Sequence record: PV037725.1
Direction: 5' to 3' (one strand)
Length of the DNA: 64,000 bases
The first letter of the stretch is position 1. The number at the start of each line of letters is the position of its first letter. Positions 42,739 to 54,069 of the stretch are shown piece after piece. Position numbers and translations under genes: made by a program. The notes beneath the pieces were generated by a model. It did no database searches and had not been told where the DNA came from. It saw only the letters and a list, made by a program, of their open reading frames with translations.

Positions 42739-45390
42739 TTAAGTCCTCGTGATGTAAATAAATGGAGACAACTCCATCGGTTGCCGGAGATAAAGCTTCA
42801 GTACTCGAGTGTAGAATGTGTACTGATCATCGGTTAGGCCGATTGGGAGTGTGTTCCAATGTGGATAAACTCTCACATGGTTGGTATTGTATTCCCGGTT
42901 GAGGATATCAAACGGTTGCATCCACTCATACCCACGCATGTAATTCACGATGTCTTGATCTGAATACTGACCATTAATGAACGGTGGCTTCAAGGTACCT
43001 TTCACTAAATCGTAAAGCACTTTGTTAGAGAATATCGAGTAAACCAAGTAGGGTCTTTCGATGACGTCTACAAGCTCTCTGTCGCGTTTAGGGAAGTAGT
43101 AAGTCATAGCCTCACTAGTCCACTGATCGCGTTGATCATCGGCTACACGGGCCTCATAGTCGTTCTCAAACACGGTCTTGAGTACCACTTGCGGAGTTTG
43201 GATCTGATATGGTGCACCATTGCGGACATTGTCCATTACACGGCCACCAGCATCTTCCTCAAACACTACATCGTGATAATCCATGTATCGACCATCTACT
43301 ACAATCCGTTGCACTTTATGGGTGTGGATTTGATAGATCGAATCATTAGACAATACGTCGTATTCTACGAAGCCTAGTTCACCTGGTGGATAACGTTTCA
43401 TCTCAGGTGAGCAGAACCCAGTACCACGAGTCAGGATCGTTTGAATACCCGAGGTACTACGTGCCTCAAGGTTACTCACGGCAATCATCTTACCGTCATC
43501 CCAAAAGTCTAATCCGTAGATCATCGACTTGCGGTTCATGAACAGATCCAGTTCCCCGAAAGGAATCTCGAATGTCTTATTAACCATCGTACCGTTCTGG
43601 TTCTCAACTCCCGCGATTGCAAAGCGAATGATACCGGGGTTATCACCAAAGGTGAGTTCCTTCAGGTAGAAGTATTCATCTGTGCGAAGGTAACCTTGAT
43701 ACTGCGTGCTTGGTACGACCCAGTTCCAGACAGGGGCGTCTAGGTTGGTAGTGTCCAAGAAACCATACGTGTTACGATCTGGGGCATCAGTGATGTCAAC
43801 CCATTCACCCGTTGGAATGCCACCCCACACCTTACAGACATAAACTCTGAAGTTGTAATATGGATTAAGTTCAACGGGTTCATTACCATAGACGCCGTGA
43901 AGGTCATCTGAACCTTTACCTGTGATAGCCTCAACGTACTCACAGTCCGCGTTCACCACGTTGTAGATCTGGCCACCTTCTTGATAGTAATGACCCAACA
44001 GATAACCTGTGGAGTCATACTCAAACAACGTGACGTTACGCCAGAAGTAATACGCCAAGTCTACACGTCGTAACCCAGTGCCCGGATCTACATAAACCTT
44101 AGCTGGGTTATCATTCATCAACTTAGCACATTCGTGATAGCCGAAGACCTCCCCTGCAAAGTTCTGTGCATCGATCTTAGCCTGTGTGGTTAAGGCTGGT
44201 TCGTTGTACGTGATCGGGTAGATCTGCTTAGCTGGAGCTGCCATGAATTCAACGTAAGCTGCTCGCTCAAGGTTCTCTGCTCGCCAGATTGGGTTGTTAG
44301 CACCCGTGCCAGTCATGCACTGAAGAATGTTTGTATCCGACAGCTTATAGAGTTCCCAAATACGTGAAGAATCAGCTACCAGTGGACGAGCATACGCACC
44401 ATGACGGATGTACAGTTTAACGTACGTGTCACCAATGCCATCCCAACCTGGGTTCTCGGCGATGAGTTCCTGTACTCGTGTAACAGGCATGCTGTAATCA
44501 CGGTGGGTCAGTTGGCGTAACCAGATACCTTGGTTCTGATGGTAAGTCAGACCAGTGTAGTTACCTGGAGCGGTACCGTACTTAATGAGGTGCACAGTTA
44601 GGTCATCGAAGTAATCGATAACGTCGTCACTAGGACCTGGGTAGTGTAAGATGTACTTACGTTGCGTGTCTAACGTGGAGTTGAATACCGCTAGGTCTTC
44701 AATCTTTAGTTCAACTACTTTCTTAATGGACGCATCCAGAACGAAGTCGTAGTAGTCACCGGGTTGACACGTCACAATGGAGATCTCATTAACGGGTTTA
44801 CCGTTTACGAAATACATTGGGAATCCACCTTTAGCTGTAACCAGATCCATTAATTGAATCTGTAGCTGTCGAATAGCTGCGGCGCTAGCTGCACTACCGG
44901 AACGGGTTTCAATCCAATGCTTGCCTGCATCAACACTACGTGGAGAGTTAAAGTAGCCATTGTGGTAGAAGTGGATATAGAGGTTGTTATCGTCCAAGGC
45001 TGGGAAACGATCATTCAGTTTAACCGCAACCAACAGGTTGGATTTACTGGTAACCATCACGTAGGTTTCAGACATGCTATAACGAATACCGTTAGTTTGG
45101 TATACGTCGATCAACGTCAAGTCCTGCTGTGCCAAAGTAGCCAAGTTAATCCATACGTCCCGCTTACCGGGATAGCCTAAGTTGGCTGGGATCACTTGAC
45201 CAATTTGATAGATGTGATAGTAGTCTCGATTGTTGTTCGTCGGTAAGTAATACCGAGTCTGCTCAACAACGTAGTTACCCCGTACGCCGTAACGTGGGGT
45301 AACTTGTTGGAGTTTATACGAGTACTGTCGATCTACAGCAGGGTTTTGCCAGACGTTATCAATTGCATAGCGCAAGAGATAGTTATCCAT
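42739..45390 (-). CDS. virion structural/baseplate protein (phiKZ gp27-like)
   Basis: 883 aa; YAIDNVW.NP..DRQ N-terminus; synteny. Confidence 0.65.
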   Translation of the reverse strand: MDNYLLRYAIDNVWQNPAVDRQYSYKLQQVTPRYGVRGNYVVEQTRYYLPTNNNRDYYHIYQIGQVIPANLGYPGKRDVWINLATLAQQDLTLIDVYQTNGIRYSMSETYVMVTSKSNLLVAVKLNDRFPALDDNNLYIHFYHNGYFNSPRSVDAGKHWIETRSGSAASAAAIRQLQIQLMDLVTAKGGFPMYFVNGKPVNEISIVTCQPGDYYDFVLDASIKKVVELKIEDLAVFNSTLDTQRKYILHYPGPSDDVIDYFDDLTVHLIKYGTAPGNYTGLTYHQNQGIWLRQLTHRDYSMPVTRVQELIAENPGWDGIGDTYVKLYIRHGAYARPLVADSSRIWELYKLSDTNILQCMTGTGANNPIWRAENLERAAYVEFMAAPAKQIYPITYNEPALTTQAKIDAQNFAGEVFGYHECAKLMNDNPAKVYVDPGTGLRRVDLAYYFWRNVTLFEYDSTGYLLGHYYQEGGQIYNVVNADCEYVEAITGKGSDDLHGVYGNEPVELNPYYNFRVYVCKVWGGIPTGEWVDITDAPDRNTYGFLDTTNLDAPVWNWVVPSTQYQGYLRTDEYFYLKELTFGDNPGIIRFAIAGVENQNGTMVNKTFEIPFGELDLFMNRKSMIYGLDFWDDGKMIAVSNLEARSTSGIQTILTRGTGFCSPEMKRYPPGELGFVEYDVLSNDSIYQIHTHKVQRIVVDGRYMDYHDVVFEEDAGGRVMDNVRNGAPYQIQTPQVVLKTVFENDYEARVADDQRDQWTSEAMTYYFPKRDRELVDVIERPYLVYSIFSNKVLYDLVKGTLKPPFINGQYSDQDIVNYMRGYEWMQPFDILNREYNTNHVRVYPHWNTLPIGLTDDQYTFYTRVLKLYLRQPMELSPFIYITRT

Positions 45391-45402
45391 TGGACAGCAC
45401 CC

Positions 45403-46338
45403 TTAATCATAGTTGAGGTATTGTTGGGCAACCAGACCGAACGTCAGATCGGCGAACGACTTGAGTTCGTGTGGTCGGGCTACTTGTTCAGCGCGTTGCA
45501 TGATCTGCGTCTTACGATAGCTACGATCACCTACGGCCATGTACAGCATTGCGATGTAAGTCGGCAAGTGCTCCAAGGCTACACCTACGTTTTCACGTTG
45601 GGCAAAGAAGCTGTTGGATACGAGTAAGTAAAGGTCTTTGAACTTAAGTTCACCTGTACGTTCTTGACGAGACTTAGTGGACATCGCATGAATCAAGTCA
45701 TCGACGTTATTGAGTGGACCTACTTCAGAGATTACATCAACAACGAAGTCAGGTGGTACCCCAGTAATACGAGACACAACTGGCGAGAACTGTGTGCGAG
45801 TTTCAGGATTAGCTTCACCGAGTTCTGGCATCAGCATTGCGTAGTAATAGAATGCAGTAATCACATAAAGTGCTTGCATTGATTCTGGCGGTAGCTGATA
45901 ACGAGTAATCAAGGGACCACTCAACCAACGGTTAAACACTTTAGCTGGGAGGTCACCCAATCGACTGAATGCAGTTTCGTCACCCGTTAAGGTGGTAATG
46001 TTCAGGCTCAAACGAATGCATTCAAAACTCCAATCGTTGTTTGCAACCAAACGATATGTGCCGGACCGTGGTTCCATCTTGTAGTAACGTCGACCGTCAA
46101 TTAACAGCCTTGGTTTTCCAGGCTGTCCAAGATCGATATATTGTGTGAACAGCGGGATGTCCTCATGCTCCGAAGATGGAGTCACAAAGTAGCAGTCCTT
46201 AATGGTTACACCGTTAGGAGTTTTGACCGGAGGGAATGGCAGACTCAACTCAGCCTTAAGTGCCTCCTTCCGTAATTTATCCAGAAACGTCTGGGTATAG
46301 GTGCTACAGATTTTTGTTTGATACGGTAGTAAGATCAT
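45403..46338 (-). CDS. virion structural protein (phiKZ gp28-like)
   Basis: 311 aa; divergent from the sheath gene; ALEH.PT motif; synteny. Confidence 0.6.
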   Translation of the reverse strand: MILLPYQTKICSTYTQTFLDKLRKEALKAELSLPFPPVKTPNGVTIKDCYFVTPSSEHEDIPLFTQYIDLGQPGKPRLLIDGRRYYKMEPRSGTYRLVANNDWSFECIRLSLNITTLTGDETAFSRLGDLPAKVFNRWLSGPLITRYQLPPESMQALYVITAFYYYAMLMPELGEANPETRTQFSPVVSRITGVPPDFVVDVISEVGPLNNVDDLIHAMSTKSRQERTGELKFKDLYLLVSNSFFAQRENVGVALEHLPTYIAMLYMAVGDRSYRKTQIMQRAEQVARPHELKSFADLTFGLVAQQYLNYD

Positions 46339-46469
46339 TACCGCCTCTCCTTCTTTAGGTAGTAAAATTAAACTAGTGTGCTCAATCTGTTTAATAAATA
46401 TGATTGACTGTTAGTAAAACACTCATAACATCGAGTTTTAAAAGCTCCATACTTGGGAGAACCAAATAG

Positions 46470-48569
46470 ATGGCAACTTTCACTAACGCAACACCACGGG
46501 TTGTTTTCAGTGGTATTCGCGACCGTAGCCGTCGGGCTCTGATTCGTCCAGACGAAACTTACGCTCAACACACCCCTTTGCTTCGTCTCTTCACCGAGAC
46601 TGGTCCAGAAGCCACCACTTATGTTGGTGACACTGATGACGGTTTTGCCGGTATCTATGGTCAGCTCTCGCTTGACCCACGGAGCAAATTCTTTAACCAG
46701 CAATCTCTGCTTGCTCTGAACCTGTTAGGTCAGGGTAACGGTTTTTATGTAAAGCGTCTGCGTCCTGAAGATGCCGGTAACCCAGCACGTATCATTGTTG
46801 CTATCGACATGGTTCGTGATATGGTCCCACAACAAATCACTCGCTTGAGTGGGTTTGTATATCCAACTACGACTACCCTTGCTGGCGCCTCCTCGGCGGT
46901 GACCTTGGCTGACGTATTGGTTGAAGGCTTCAAAGCCCGGATCACTCTGATTCTGGACAATGATGCTGAAGTAGGTACCCAGCGCGTTCTGCCTGGTAAC
47001 ATGACCTCCTCGATCGATGGTACACAATCCACTATGTATCCGCTGTTTGAGCTGCCAGCCAGCTTCTTCGGTACACTGGGTAATAACCTCGGTGCTCGCG
47101 TATGGTGCCCTACCTCCGCTGACATCGAAGGCTATGATGAAGCCACTACCGATAAGTTCGATACTCGTCTGTTCAACTTCCAGTTCGTAGAGCTGATGGA
47201 AGGTTCTAATACCCCAACCGTCGTTAAGACTGCTCTGGGTGAAGACTACGTTCAAGTGTCGTTCAATCAGGGTGTTTGGTCTGAGGCTAGCGATCGTGAC
47301 CTGTACGCAGGTGATGTATTGATTCAGTCGTACGAAGACGATGGTATCAGTTCGGGTCAAACCCCACTGTATTCCCCATTCAGCCAGATCTACATCTACG
47401 AAGACGAAATCGCTCGTGTTCAACAACTGATCTTCGATTCGGAAATGTTGGCTAACCCAGCCTTCGTCAATCTGATCAAAGGTCCAGGTCAAATTGACTT
47501 CCTGACTATGTTGAATCTGGATGGTGATCCGTACATGACTATCCAACTCGAAGGGGCTCTGGATGGCGGTGTACTGCTTGGTAAGAATGCTACTGTATTC
47601 GCTTCTGGTGGTCTTGACGGTACTACCGATTTCGACGAGTACGTAAAACTGGTTGATATTCAGAACACCAACTTCGGTCAACTGGATGATCAGTACGAAG
47701 ACGTTGCGCGTTATCAGTTCGGTTTCCTCTACGACACTGGTCTGCCGATGGCTTCGAAGTACAAGATGATGCAAACTCTGGCTAAACGTCAGGATCTCAT
47801 CTGTATGTTCACGACCTACATCGAGACTGATACTCGTGCTCTGTCCACTGGTGACGAAGTATCGCGTACTATCGCTCTGATGACCCGTCTGAAGGCATTC
47901 CCTGAATCGACTCTGTACGGTACTCCGGTAGCTCGTGCACAGATCGTTCTGCAATCTGGTAAGTTGATGGCTGGTGGTTACTCTAAACGAGTTCCTCAGT
48001 TGCTCGACACTGCGATGAAGTGGGCTATCTACGCTGGTGCTGGTAACGGTATCCTGCGACCTGGTTTCGAAATGGACGTAAGTCCTAACAACCAAGTGAC
48101 CTTCATTAAAGGCCTGAACGTACCGTTCTTCAACGCACGTACTGCTAGCAACATCTGGCAGAACGGTGGTACTTATTCGTCTACCTACGATAAGCGTCGT
48201 CAGTACTATCCTTGCCAACGTTCGGTATACCTGGACGATACATCGGTATTGCTGTCTCCACTGACTGTAAACATCTGCTGTGTGATCATGCGTTTGATTC
48301 ACCGGATTCACGCCAAGTTCTCTGGTAACGCCACGCTGACTAAAGAACAGCTGGTAGCTCGTTGCGACCAAGAGATCCTTGACCAAACTCGTGACTTGTT
48401 CGGTGCCCGTGTGGACATTACTCCGCAAACGGAAATCACTGCGGCCGACGACCAGAATGGCTTCAGCTGGACCTGTACTGTAACTGTTGCGGCTAATAAC
48501 CCACGTACAGTAATGGACTTCAAGCTTGAGACGGTTCGTCGTGAGACTGTCACCGCTGCAACGGTTTAA
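46470..48569 (+). CDS. tail sheath protein (phiKZ gp29-like)
   Basis: 699 aa; [15 protein letters not shown] start, GG.DG motif, YDTG.P, sheath-like C-terminus. Confidence 0.85.
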   Translation: MATFTNATPRVVFSGIRDRSRRALIRPDETYAQHTPLLRLFTETGPEATTYVGDTDDGFAGIYGQLSLDPRSKFFNQQSLLALNLLGQGNGFYVKRLRPEDAGNPARIIVAIDMVRDMVPQQITRLSGFVYPTTTTLAGASSAVTLADVLVEGFKARITLILDNDAEVGTQRVLPGNMTSSIDGTQSTMYPLFELPASFFGTLGNNLGARVWCPTSADIEGYDEATTDKFDTRLFNFQFVELMEGSNTPTVVKTALGEDYVQVSFNQGVWSEASDRDLYAGDVLIQSYEDDGISSGQTPLYSPFSQIYIYEDEIARVQQLIFDSEMLANPAFVNLIKGPGQIDFLTMLNLDGDPYMTIQLEGALDGGVLLGKNATVFASGGLDGTTDFDEYVKLVDIQNTNFGQLDDQYEDVARYQFGFLYDTGLPMASKYKMMQTLAKRQDLICMFTTYIETDTRALSTGDEVSRTIALMTRLKAFPESTLYGTPVARAQIVLQSGKLMAGGYSKRVPQLLDTAMKWAIYAGAGNGILRPGFEMDVSPNNQVTFIKGLNVPFFNARTASNIWQNGGTYSSTYDKRRQYYPCQRSVYLDDTSVLLSPLTVNICCVIMRLIHRIHAKFSGNATLTKEQLVARCDQEILDQTRDLFGARVDITPQTEITAADDQNGFSWTCTVTVAANNPRTVMDFKLETVRRETVTAATV

Positions 48570-48607
48570 CGCCGTTGCATCACGGATAATCCACTAGAGG
48601 AAAAAAT

Positions 48608-49483
48608 ATGAAACGCTATTCTGATCCAATGGCTCCCGTAACTGGCTATGGTGCTGGTGGTTCCAAGAACACCATCAACTTGGCGCAAGCTGGTACAGAT
48701 GTATTCCGTCCAGACTTGGCTAACCTGGCTAGTAACACTCCGTACGTGAGTCGTAACGTTGTTCCGTTCCTGCTGGAGGCGCCTCGGTTCTTCCAGTACG
48801 CCAAAGACCCTAACCAACTGGTTCGCTCGTTGAAGGCTTTGGTTGAGAACCATGTTCGGACTATTGACGGTCTGCAACAAACCATTCAGGTTGATACCGC
48901 TGACGCCCCTTGGGGTGGTTCGGGTGAAGCAATCCAAGTGGGTACTAACGTAACTCGTGCTCGGTCTAACCCTTCGCTGGGTTGCTGGGAACTGCAAGGC
49001 CGTGCCATCCAACGTTTCCTGAAATGGTGGATCACTTACGGTATTGCTGACGAGAACACCAAGGTTCCACGTATCGTTGCTGAAGGTAACGTACCGGTTG
49101 AGAAATACGATGCTACCTTCTACGGTGCAACCATTCTCTTCGTTGAACCAGACCCGACTTTCCAAGACGTGGTAAGTGCATACCTGTGTACTAACATGTT
49201 CCCACTGTCGACTGGTCCTTGGGAATCCCGTAAGGATGCTGCTCAGATTGGCCAGAACCTTGATCTCTCGATTGAGTTCGCTGCCATGACCGACGTATCT
49301 GAAGGTGTAATCTCTTACGCTCGTGAACTGTTCCAACGCTTGAACATCCGTGGTATGAACCCTAACTCCCAGCGTACCTGGACTGAAGGTATCTCCGCTG
49401 ACGTACAGCGTGCTACTAATGGTCTGCGTCAACAACTCGAGACTTCGGCTTCGAACCGTGTAACTTACAACGGGGTTGACTAA
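48608..49483 (+). CDS. tail tube protein (phiKZ gp30-like)
   Basis: 291 aa directly after the sheath; LLEAP.FF, FVEPDP, LCTNMFP motifs. Confidence 0.8.
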   Translation: MKRYSDPMAPVTGYGAGGSKNTINLAQAGTDVFRPDLANLASNTPYVSRNVVPFLLEAPRFFQYAKDPNQLVRSLKALVENHVRTIDGLQQTIQVDTADAPWGGSGEAIQVGTNVTRARSNPSLGCWELQGRAIQRFLKWWITYGIADENTKVPRIVAEGNVPVEKYDATFYGATILFVEPDPTFQDVVSAYLCTNMFPLSTGPWESRKDAAQIGQNLDLSIEFAAMTDVSEGVISYARELFQRLNIRGMNPNSQRTWTEGISADVQRATNGLRQQLETSASNRVTYNGVD

Positions 49484-49725
49484 TGGCCAATTCGTATCCG
49501 CTGAAACCTATTGAAGCTACACAGTACCTTGGTAAGTCACCTTCGGCGGTTACGGATGAGTCTGCCAAGTACAAAGCCATGCTTGGTTTCCAAGCAGCTT
49601 CCGCTGATGTTGGATTGTTCTATCAGTTAAACCAATCGGCCACAGCAGTCTCTGAATCAGAAGCTGCTAATGGTAATACGGTTAACGGACAGACTCCAAT
49701 CGAAGCAAACGCGATGTACGCTTAA
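49483..49725 (+). CDS. small hypothetical protein, co-transcribed with the tube gene
   Basis: TAATG overlap; 80 aa. Confidence 0.65.
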   Translation: MANSYPLKPIEATQYLGKSPSAVTDESAKYKAMLGFQAASADVGLFYQLNQSATAVSESEAANGNTVNGQTPIEANAMYA

Positions 49726-49729
49726 GACA

Positions 49730-49765
49730 GCATAAGACCCCGACCGTAAGGCCGGGGCTTTATGT
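49730..49765. terminator. bidirectional terminator, family variant
   Basis: GCATA-AG-ACCCCGACC-GTAA-GGCCGGGGC-TT-TATGT. Confidence 0.7.
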
Positions 49766-49767
49766 CG

Positions 49768-50331
49768 TTACACTGCTTGTGTGAGGTACCAGGAGTTTTC
49801 CATAGCGATGTCTTGTGGAATACCTTGTGACATCAGTGAAGCCACGCGTGCACGATAGTGTTTACCGCGAGCTACTTCATTGCTCATTACATTCAACTTA
49901 GGTTCACTAAGAATCATGAGCTGCATGTTGGTCAGACCTCGGTCACGGTACTTAGTAGTCATCTCATAGAGGCTGTTACCCGTTTTTTCCATGACCATGG
50001 CCTGGATATTAGCGATCGTATTTTCTGGATCTGGGTCATTAGCATCAACATCTATTTTGAGAGTCTTGTATTCTTCCCAGAGTGAGCGTGCCCAGAAACT
50101 TGCAATAGTCTTACCTGAATCAGACAACACGTAAGCGTTGCCCGTTACTGGATAAGTGATGCAAGTATGTTCGCCATCGCGATAACCTGTTACAGTGACT
50201 TGTGGTAGCCCTGTGTGTGGATCATGGCCGAACTCAAAGGTATCCCCTGCGTCCACCACGATCATCTTAAAACCTTTGCCGACGTCCGAATCGGCTTTAT
50301 CTTCACCGGACATGATTTTGATTGCGTACAT
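49768..50331 (-). CDS. hypothetical protein
   Basis: AAGG RBS; N-terminal ...GNAYVLSDSGKTI domain. Confidence 0.7.
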   Translation of the reverse strand: MYAIKIMSGEDKADSDVGKGFKMIVVDAGDTFEFGHDPHTGLPQVTVTGYRDGEHTCITYPVTGNAYVLSDSGKTIASFWARSLWEEYKTLKIDVDANDPDPENTIANIQAMVMEKTGNSLYEMTTKYRDRGLTNMQLMILSEPKLNVMSNEVARGKHYRARVASLMSQGIPQDIAMENSWYLTQAV

Positions 50332-50394
50332 CGTTATTACCTTTCTAGTAGTAGTAGTGTAGCGACGTTGCTACAAATCATGTCCAGCTAAGTA

Positions 50395-51639
50395 TTATTT
50401 CGTGTAATAGTTTTTCGTTAAAGCTCTCAGCATAATGTAAAGCATAAGCCCGGTCCGTGTAGACGCTATCTGCCCCGCATGGCGTGAGTTAGTTGCATTC
50501 TTCACGATGGCATCGCCCATGTCACGAATCGTCAGGACGCGCACGTCAGACGTCTTAGGAGCCATTACCAGTAACCGTACACGAGTAATGAGATCTTTAA
50601 GGTCATTCTGGCGTTGAACCGATGCCTTAATAGACTGCATGTATTCGAATGTGTACAACAAGCATTCGTCTACGAACTTAGTCAAGTCTTTAGATCTTGG
50701 TTGGCTAAAGTTACGAGCTAAGAACTCTAGGGACGTAACCAACATCTGGGAAGGCATGGTGTGCATAGCTGATTCAATGATCGGTAACAACTCAGGTTTA
50801 ATCAAGTTGTCCTTGTTCGTACAGACCCCGTGCATGTAAGTGAGGTAGGTACGATAACCGTTTACCTTATCGCGCAATGCCATTTCACCGTCAGTGTTAA
50901 CCATCATGTCAGACGTGGTCCGAATGGTTACACCTGAGTTCAACACAGTGATGTACATACCGTAGTATTTGTTGATAAGTTCACGAATACGAGTTTGAGT
51001 GTCCGTTACAACTCGACGCATCCAATACTCTTCATCAACACCCGGCTTGTCATGCAACAATGGTCCATAGATCGAATGTGGATCAATGATACCCTCAGCA
51101 CGATCCTTTACCAACTTACCCCAACTACCGATCGTCTTAATGTCGAACTTGTAGTTGAGCTGTGCAAAGGTCGCCTCCATTACTTCACGGCGTGCTGGGT
51201 ATTTAAACCGGCGTACTAACAACGAGGTAATGTATTTGTAGTGCAGGACTTGGAATGCATGTCGACATGCTTCATGGACAGTCCTGAGTGGGATACCGGT
51301 AGCTTTCATCAGACGTTGGGTAATGTAACCTGGAGTGTAGTTCATCACGTCTGATGCTACCTTCTGGTTCTTAGGATCAACACCCTCAGCCCGTTGGAAA
51401 TCGTACTGGAGCATATCTTCATCAATACCCAATACGTCTTCAAACCAAAGCTCACGGTCAGTGTCATAGAAGTACACTGGGTTAACGCCCATCAACACAC
51501 CACCGAAGAAGGCGGAGTGGTCTTCGTTACGATTCATGAATCGGATCGAGTACTCGACGATTCTTTTGCATAGAGCTGCGTCGAACTTAACATCTTTGAA
51601 ATGTTCATCTAGCACCTCCATCATTGTTTGCTTAGCCAT
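50395..51639 (-). CDS. conserved phiKZ-like core protein (gp32-like)
   Basis: 414 aa; N.N.DH..FFGG...GV motif; synteny. Confidence 0.7.
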   Translation of the reverse strand: MAKQTMMEVLDEHFKDVKFDAALCKRIVEYSIRFMNRNEDHSAFFGGVLMGVNPVYFYDTDRELWFEDVLGIDEDMLQYDFQRAEGVDPKNQKVASDVMNYTPGYITQRLMKATGIPLRTVHEACRHAFQVLHYKYITSLLVRRFKYPARREVMEATFAQLNYKFDIKTIGSWGKLVKDRAEGIIDPHSIYGPLLHDKPGVDEEYWMRRVVTDTQTRIRELINKYYGMYITVLNSGVTIRTTSDMMVNTDGEMALRDKVNGYRTYLTYMHGVCTNKDNLIKPELLPIIESAMHTMPSQMLVTSLEFLARNFSQPRSKDLTKFVDECLLYTFEYMQSIKASVQRQNDLKDLITRVRLLVMAPKTSDVRVLTIRDMGDAIVKNATNSRHAGQIASTRTGLMLYIMLRALTKNYYTK

Positions 51640-51683
51640 GACTATAGTCTCGTTTGATTAATCAGATGATTAGGCTTTGTAGT

Positions 51684-51724
51684 TATTAGAACCCGTTTAA
51701 AGCGTATATTACATTTGTGAATCA
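51684..51724 (+). promoter_or_regulatory. early phage promoter (TATATTAC at 51705-12)
   Basis: ATTAGAACCCGTTTAAAGCGTATATTACATTTGTGAAT. Confidence 0.8.
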
Positions 51725-51757
51725 AGCACAATCAATCTTATCTAAAGGAGCTTTACC

Positions 51758-52084
51758 ATGGAATATGTTTTTGATACTATCGACGAATTGGAAGCCGAAG
51801 TCATTCGTCGCGCACGCATTGAGTTGGTCAATCAGAACGTTCCTCGGCATGAGGAAGTGCGTCTGGATCTGACCTGCCTCGGTCTGCTGCGTTCGGTACG
51901 TATCACTGACGAGCGTTTGAACAGCTACAGCAATCGTATTGTCGAAGGTACTACTTTCTGGTCCATCTCCCATGAGGGTGATGCGAACCACGAGTATTGC
52001 CCGTCGTGCAATTCCGCTGGGATGTTCGATCTCAAAGGTGTGTACACTAAGAGCTGCAATTCCTGCGGCTTTCGGCATTCTTAA
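51758..52084 (+). CDS. IRRAR-family protein with C-terminal zinc ribbon
   Basis: AAGGAG RBS; EVIRRAR; CPSC...CNSC. Confidence 0.7.
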   Translation: MEYVFDTIDELEAEVIRRARIELVNQNVPRHEEVRLDLTCLGLLRSVRITDERLNSYSNRIVEGTTFWSISHEGDANHEYCPSCNSAGMFDLKGVYTKSCNSCGFRHS

Positions 52085-52099
52085 CTAGAGGATCTAAAA

Positions 52100-52396
52100 A
52101 TGTTTGAGCACGAGTACGTTACCGATTACCTTGATGCACCCGTAGTAGAAAAGCGGTTCACTAAGGGTGAAAACGAAATCAAGACTTTTGAGTCGAAGGC
52201 TTTGATGGAGAAGGAAATTATCCGTCGCGCACGGGCTGTCATCGGTTTCCGTGGCATCAAGAATCCAGATCGGGTGAAGATCAATTGCACTATGTTTAAT
52301 ATGATTCGTTCGCTAACCGCGAGCGATGACGACCTGGCGGCGTGGGGCCGTATGGTGGCGGAAGATACGTTGTACTGGGATATTGAGTATTTCTGA
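52100..52396 (+). CDS. IRRAR-family protein
   Basis: GAGGA RBS; EIIRRAR. Confidence 0.7.
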   Translation: MFEHEYVTDYLDAPVVEKRFTKGENEIKTFESKALMEKEIIRRARAVIGFRGIKNPDRVKINCTMFNMIRSLTASDDDLAAWGRMVAEDTLYWDIEYF

Positions 52397-52408
52397 TTAG
52401 GAGGCGTA

Positions 52409-52708
52409 ATGTTGAAGCGTTCTAAAAATAGCATATTGGAAATGTTCGTCGCTATCAATCACCTGTATGTTAACTTGCAGAGTGACGCGGACAAAGAACT
52501 TGGCATCGAGATAGTTGGTCATGCGTTGACCCTTCAGGACATCCCTGAGACTATATGCCTGTTATTCCAAGTGGATAACAATGGCGGTGTGGTCATCCAG
52601 AAGTACGATTACGTTGATGACGTTGAACGGCTGGTGGAAAAGGAGTGGTTCAGCATGCGTGATATGCCAGGTATCGAAGACTACATCATTAAATCTTTTG
52701 AACTGTAA
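52409..52708 (+). CDS. hypothetical protein
   Basis: AGGAGG RBS. Confidence 0.7.
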   Translation: MLKRSKNSILEMFVAINHLYVNLQSDADKELGIEIVGHALTLQDIPETICLLFQVDNNGGVVIQKYDYVDDVERLVEKEWFSMRDMPGIEDYIIKSFEL

Positions 52709-52722
52709 CTAAAGGAATTAAA

Positions 52723-52926
52723 ATGCAAGACTCTGAGTATCTGGCAGGATTAGACATCGATAACATCGTCATGCCTGAAACCCATGAAGATGTACCGGTG
52801 TTCCGCACTAGGCGTCAATGGAAACGACACATGGTTAACGTGCATAACGCTCAGTACCTTGATCGCAAAGGTGAGTCTCTCGAAGAGAAGCTTGCTTCCG
52901 TCCACGCCTTAATCAATCAGTTGTAA
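52723..52926 (+). CDS. hypothetical protein
   Basis: AAGGA RBS; 67 aa. Confidence 0.65.
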   Translation: MQDSEYLAGLDIDNIVMPETHEDVPVFRTRRQWKRHMVNVHNAQYLDRKGESLEEKLASVHALINQL

Positions 52927-52936
52927 GGGGATTACC

Positions 52937-53176
52937 ATGGGTCCATTTATCAATGGTGACGAACGTATTCACTTTAATAGTGAACTGGTGAACCCACCAA
53001 TGTCTAACGGTGAGCGGAAGAAAATGATTGCACGGGAGCATAACCGGGCTTATAATGCCGGTGAACCAACCCATGAAGTCGAGTCTCTGGAACAATCGGT
53101 GCGCCGTACTGTTCTGGGGTTCCAGGAAGCTCTGGGTAGCGGTAAACCCAAAAAAGCTAAGCGGTGGGGAAAATGA
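52937..53176 (+). CDS. hypothetical protein
   Basis: AGGGG RBS; 79 aa. Confidence 0.6.
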   Translation: MGPFINGDERIHFNSELVNPPMSNGERKKMIAREHNRAYNAGEPTHEVESLEQSVRRTVLGFQEALGSGKPKKAKRWGK

Positions 53177-53466
53177 TCGGTAACCCAGGATTGGTACGTT
53201 TTGTAGAACTCGTTGCATTCCTTAATCAAAACACCGAGTATGAAGAACTCGAGCTGGTTAAGCATGCGTTCCTACCAAACCGCTGGTGCATCGGTATTGC
53301 CGATAAAAGTCGGTGGGTGCAAGCAGCCGTAATCAATGACGGTTATGTACTCGAAATTGATTACATGCTTGAGGGTACCGGTCATCGTACCATCGCGGTA
53401 TTTGATGAGGGGTCAATCGCCAAGAGAGTACTGTCGTACCTGCGTAAAGAAGTCGAATCGATTTAA
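53173..53466 (+). CDS. hypothetical protein
   Basis: ATGA overlap at 53173. Confidence 0.65.
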   Translation: MIGNPGLVRFVELVAFLNQNTEYEELELVKHAFLPNRWCIGIADKSRWVQAAVINDGYVLEIDYMLEGTGHRTIAVFDEGSIAKRVLSYLRKEVESI

Positions 53467-53493
53467 ATATTTCTAGTTACAGGAGTAGCTAAC

Positions 53494-54069
53494 ATGGGTA
53501 ACGCAACTATCTTCGCCAAGGCATTCCGTGAGTGTGGTATCGGCGGTCGCTTCAGTAAGTTTCAAATCGTTCAATCGCATGATTGGTTTGAAATGATCAA
53601 TGTCGATCGTATTGAAGACTCTCGGTTTTGCTTTAAGTCTTACGATCGTTTGGATAATCGTAAGTACCGCCTAGTGTCGGCGGGCGCAGCAGGGTTACTC
53701 CATAAGGATGATCCACAGTGGGTAACGCATTTCCAGACTGCCCAAAAGGTAATAGCGAAAATCGTAAGCCGTGATAACAATCGCGGTGAGAATCGTTATT
53801 ACATCGATGACGTGCACCACTCGGTCTTTGTGGTTAACAGGATGTTCGTCATTGAGGTTACGCCCGTATTACGTCATGCTCCGGAAGTATCGAGCTATGG
53901 CGTGTACGACTTCCTGGCCGATTACTACCAGCATGAGTTGAATGACACATCGGTGGTAACTGTGTGGTGCAAATATGGGAAAGTGGTTGTCAATGTTGAT
54001 GGAGCGTTTGTATTCAACTCCCTACTCACCGTTGACGAATTCAATGAACAATATGGAGTATGCGTATGA
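53494..54069 (+). CDS. hypothetical protein
   Basis: AGGAG RBS; 191 aa. Confidence 0.75.
   Translation: MGNATIFAKAFRECGIGGRFSKFQIVQSHDWFEMINVDRIEDSRFCFKSYDRLDNRKYRLVSAGAAGLLHKDDPQWVTHFQTAQKVIAKIVSRDNNRGENRYYIDDVHHSVFVVNRMFVIEVTPVLRHAPEVSSYGVYDFLADYYQHELNDTSVVTVWCKYGKVVVNVDGAFVFNSLLTVDEFNEQYGVCV

Noticed and set aside
46725-48428. 567-aa antisense ORF over the tail sheath gene (also 48566..49435 over the tube gene)
   Set aside because: Shadow ORFs from the strong codon bias of highly expressed genes; no RBS and atypical composition.
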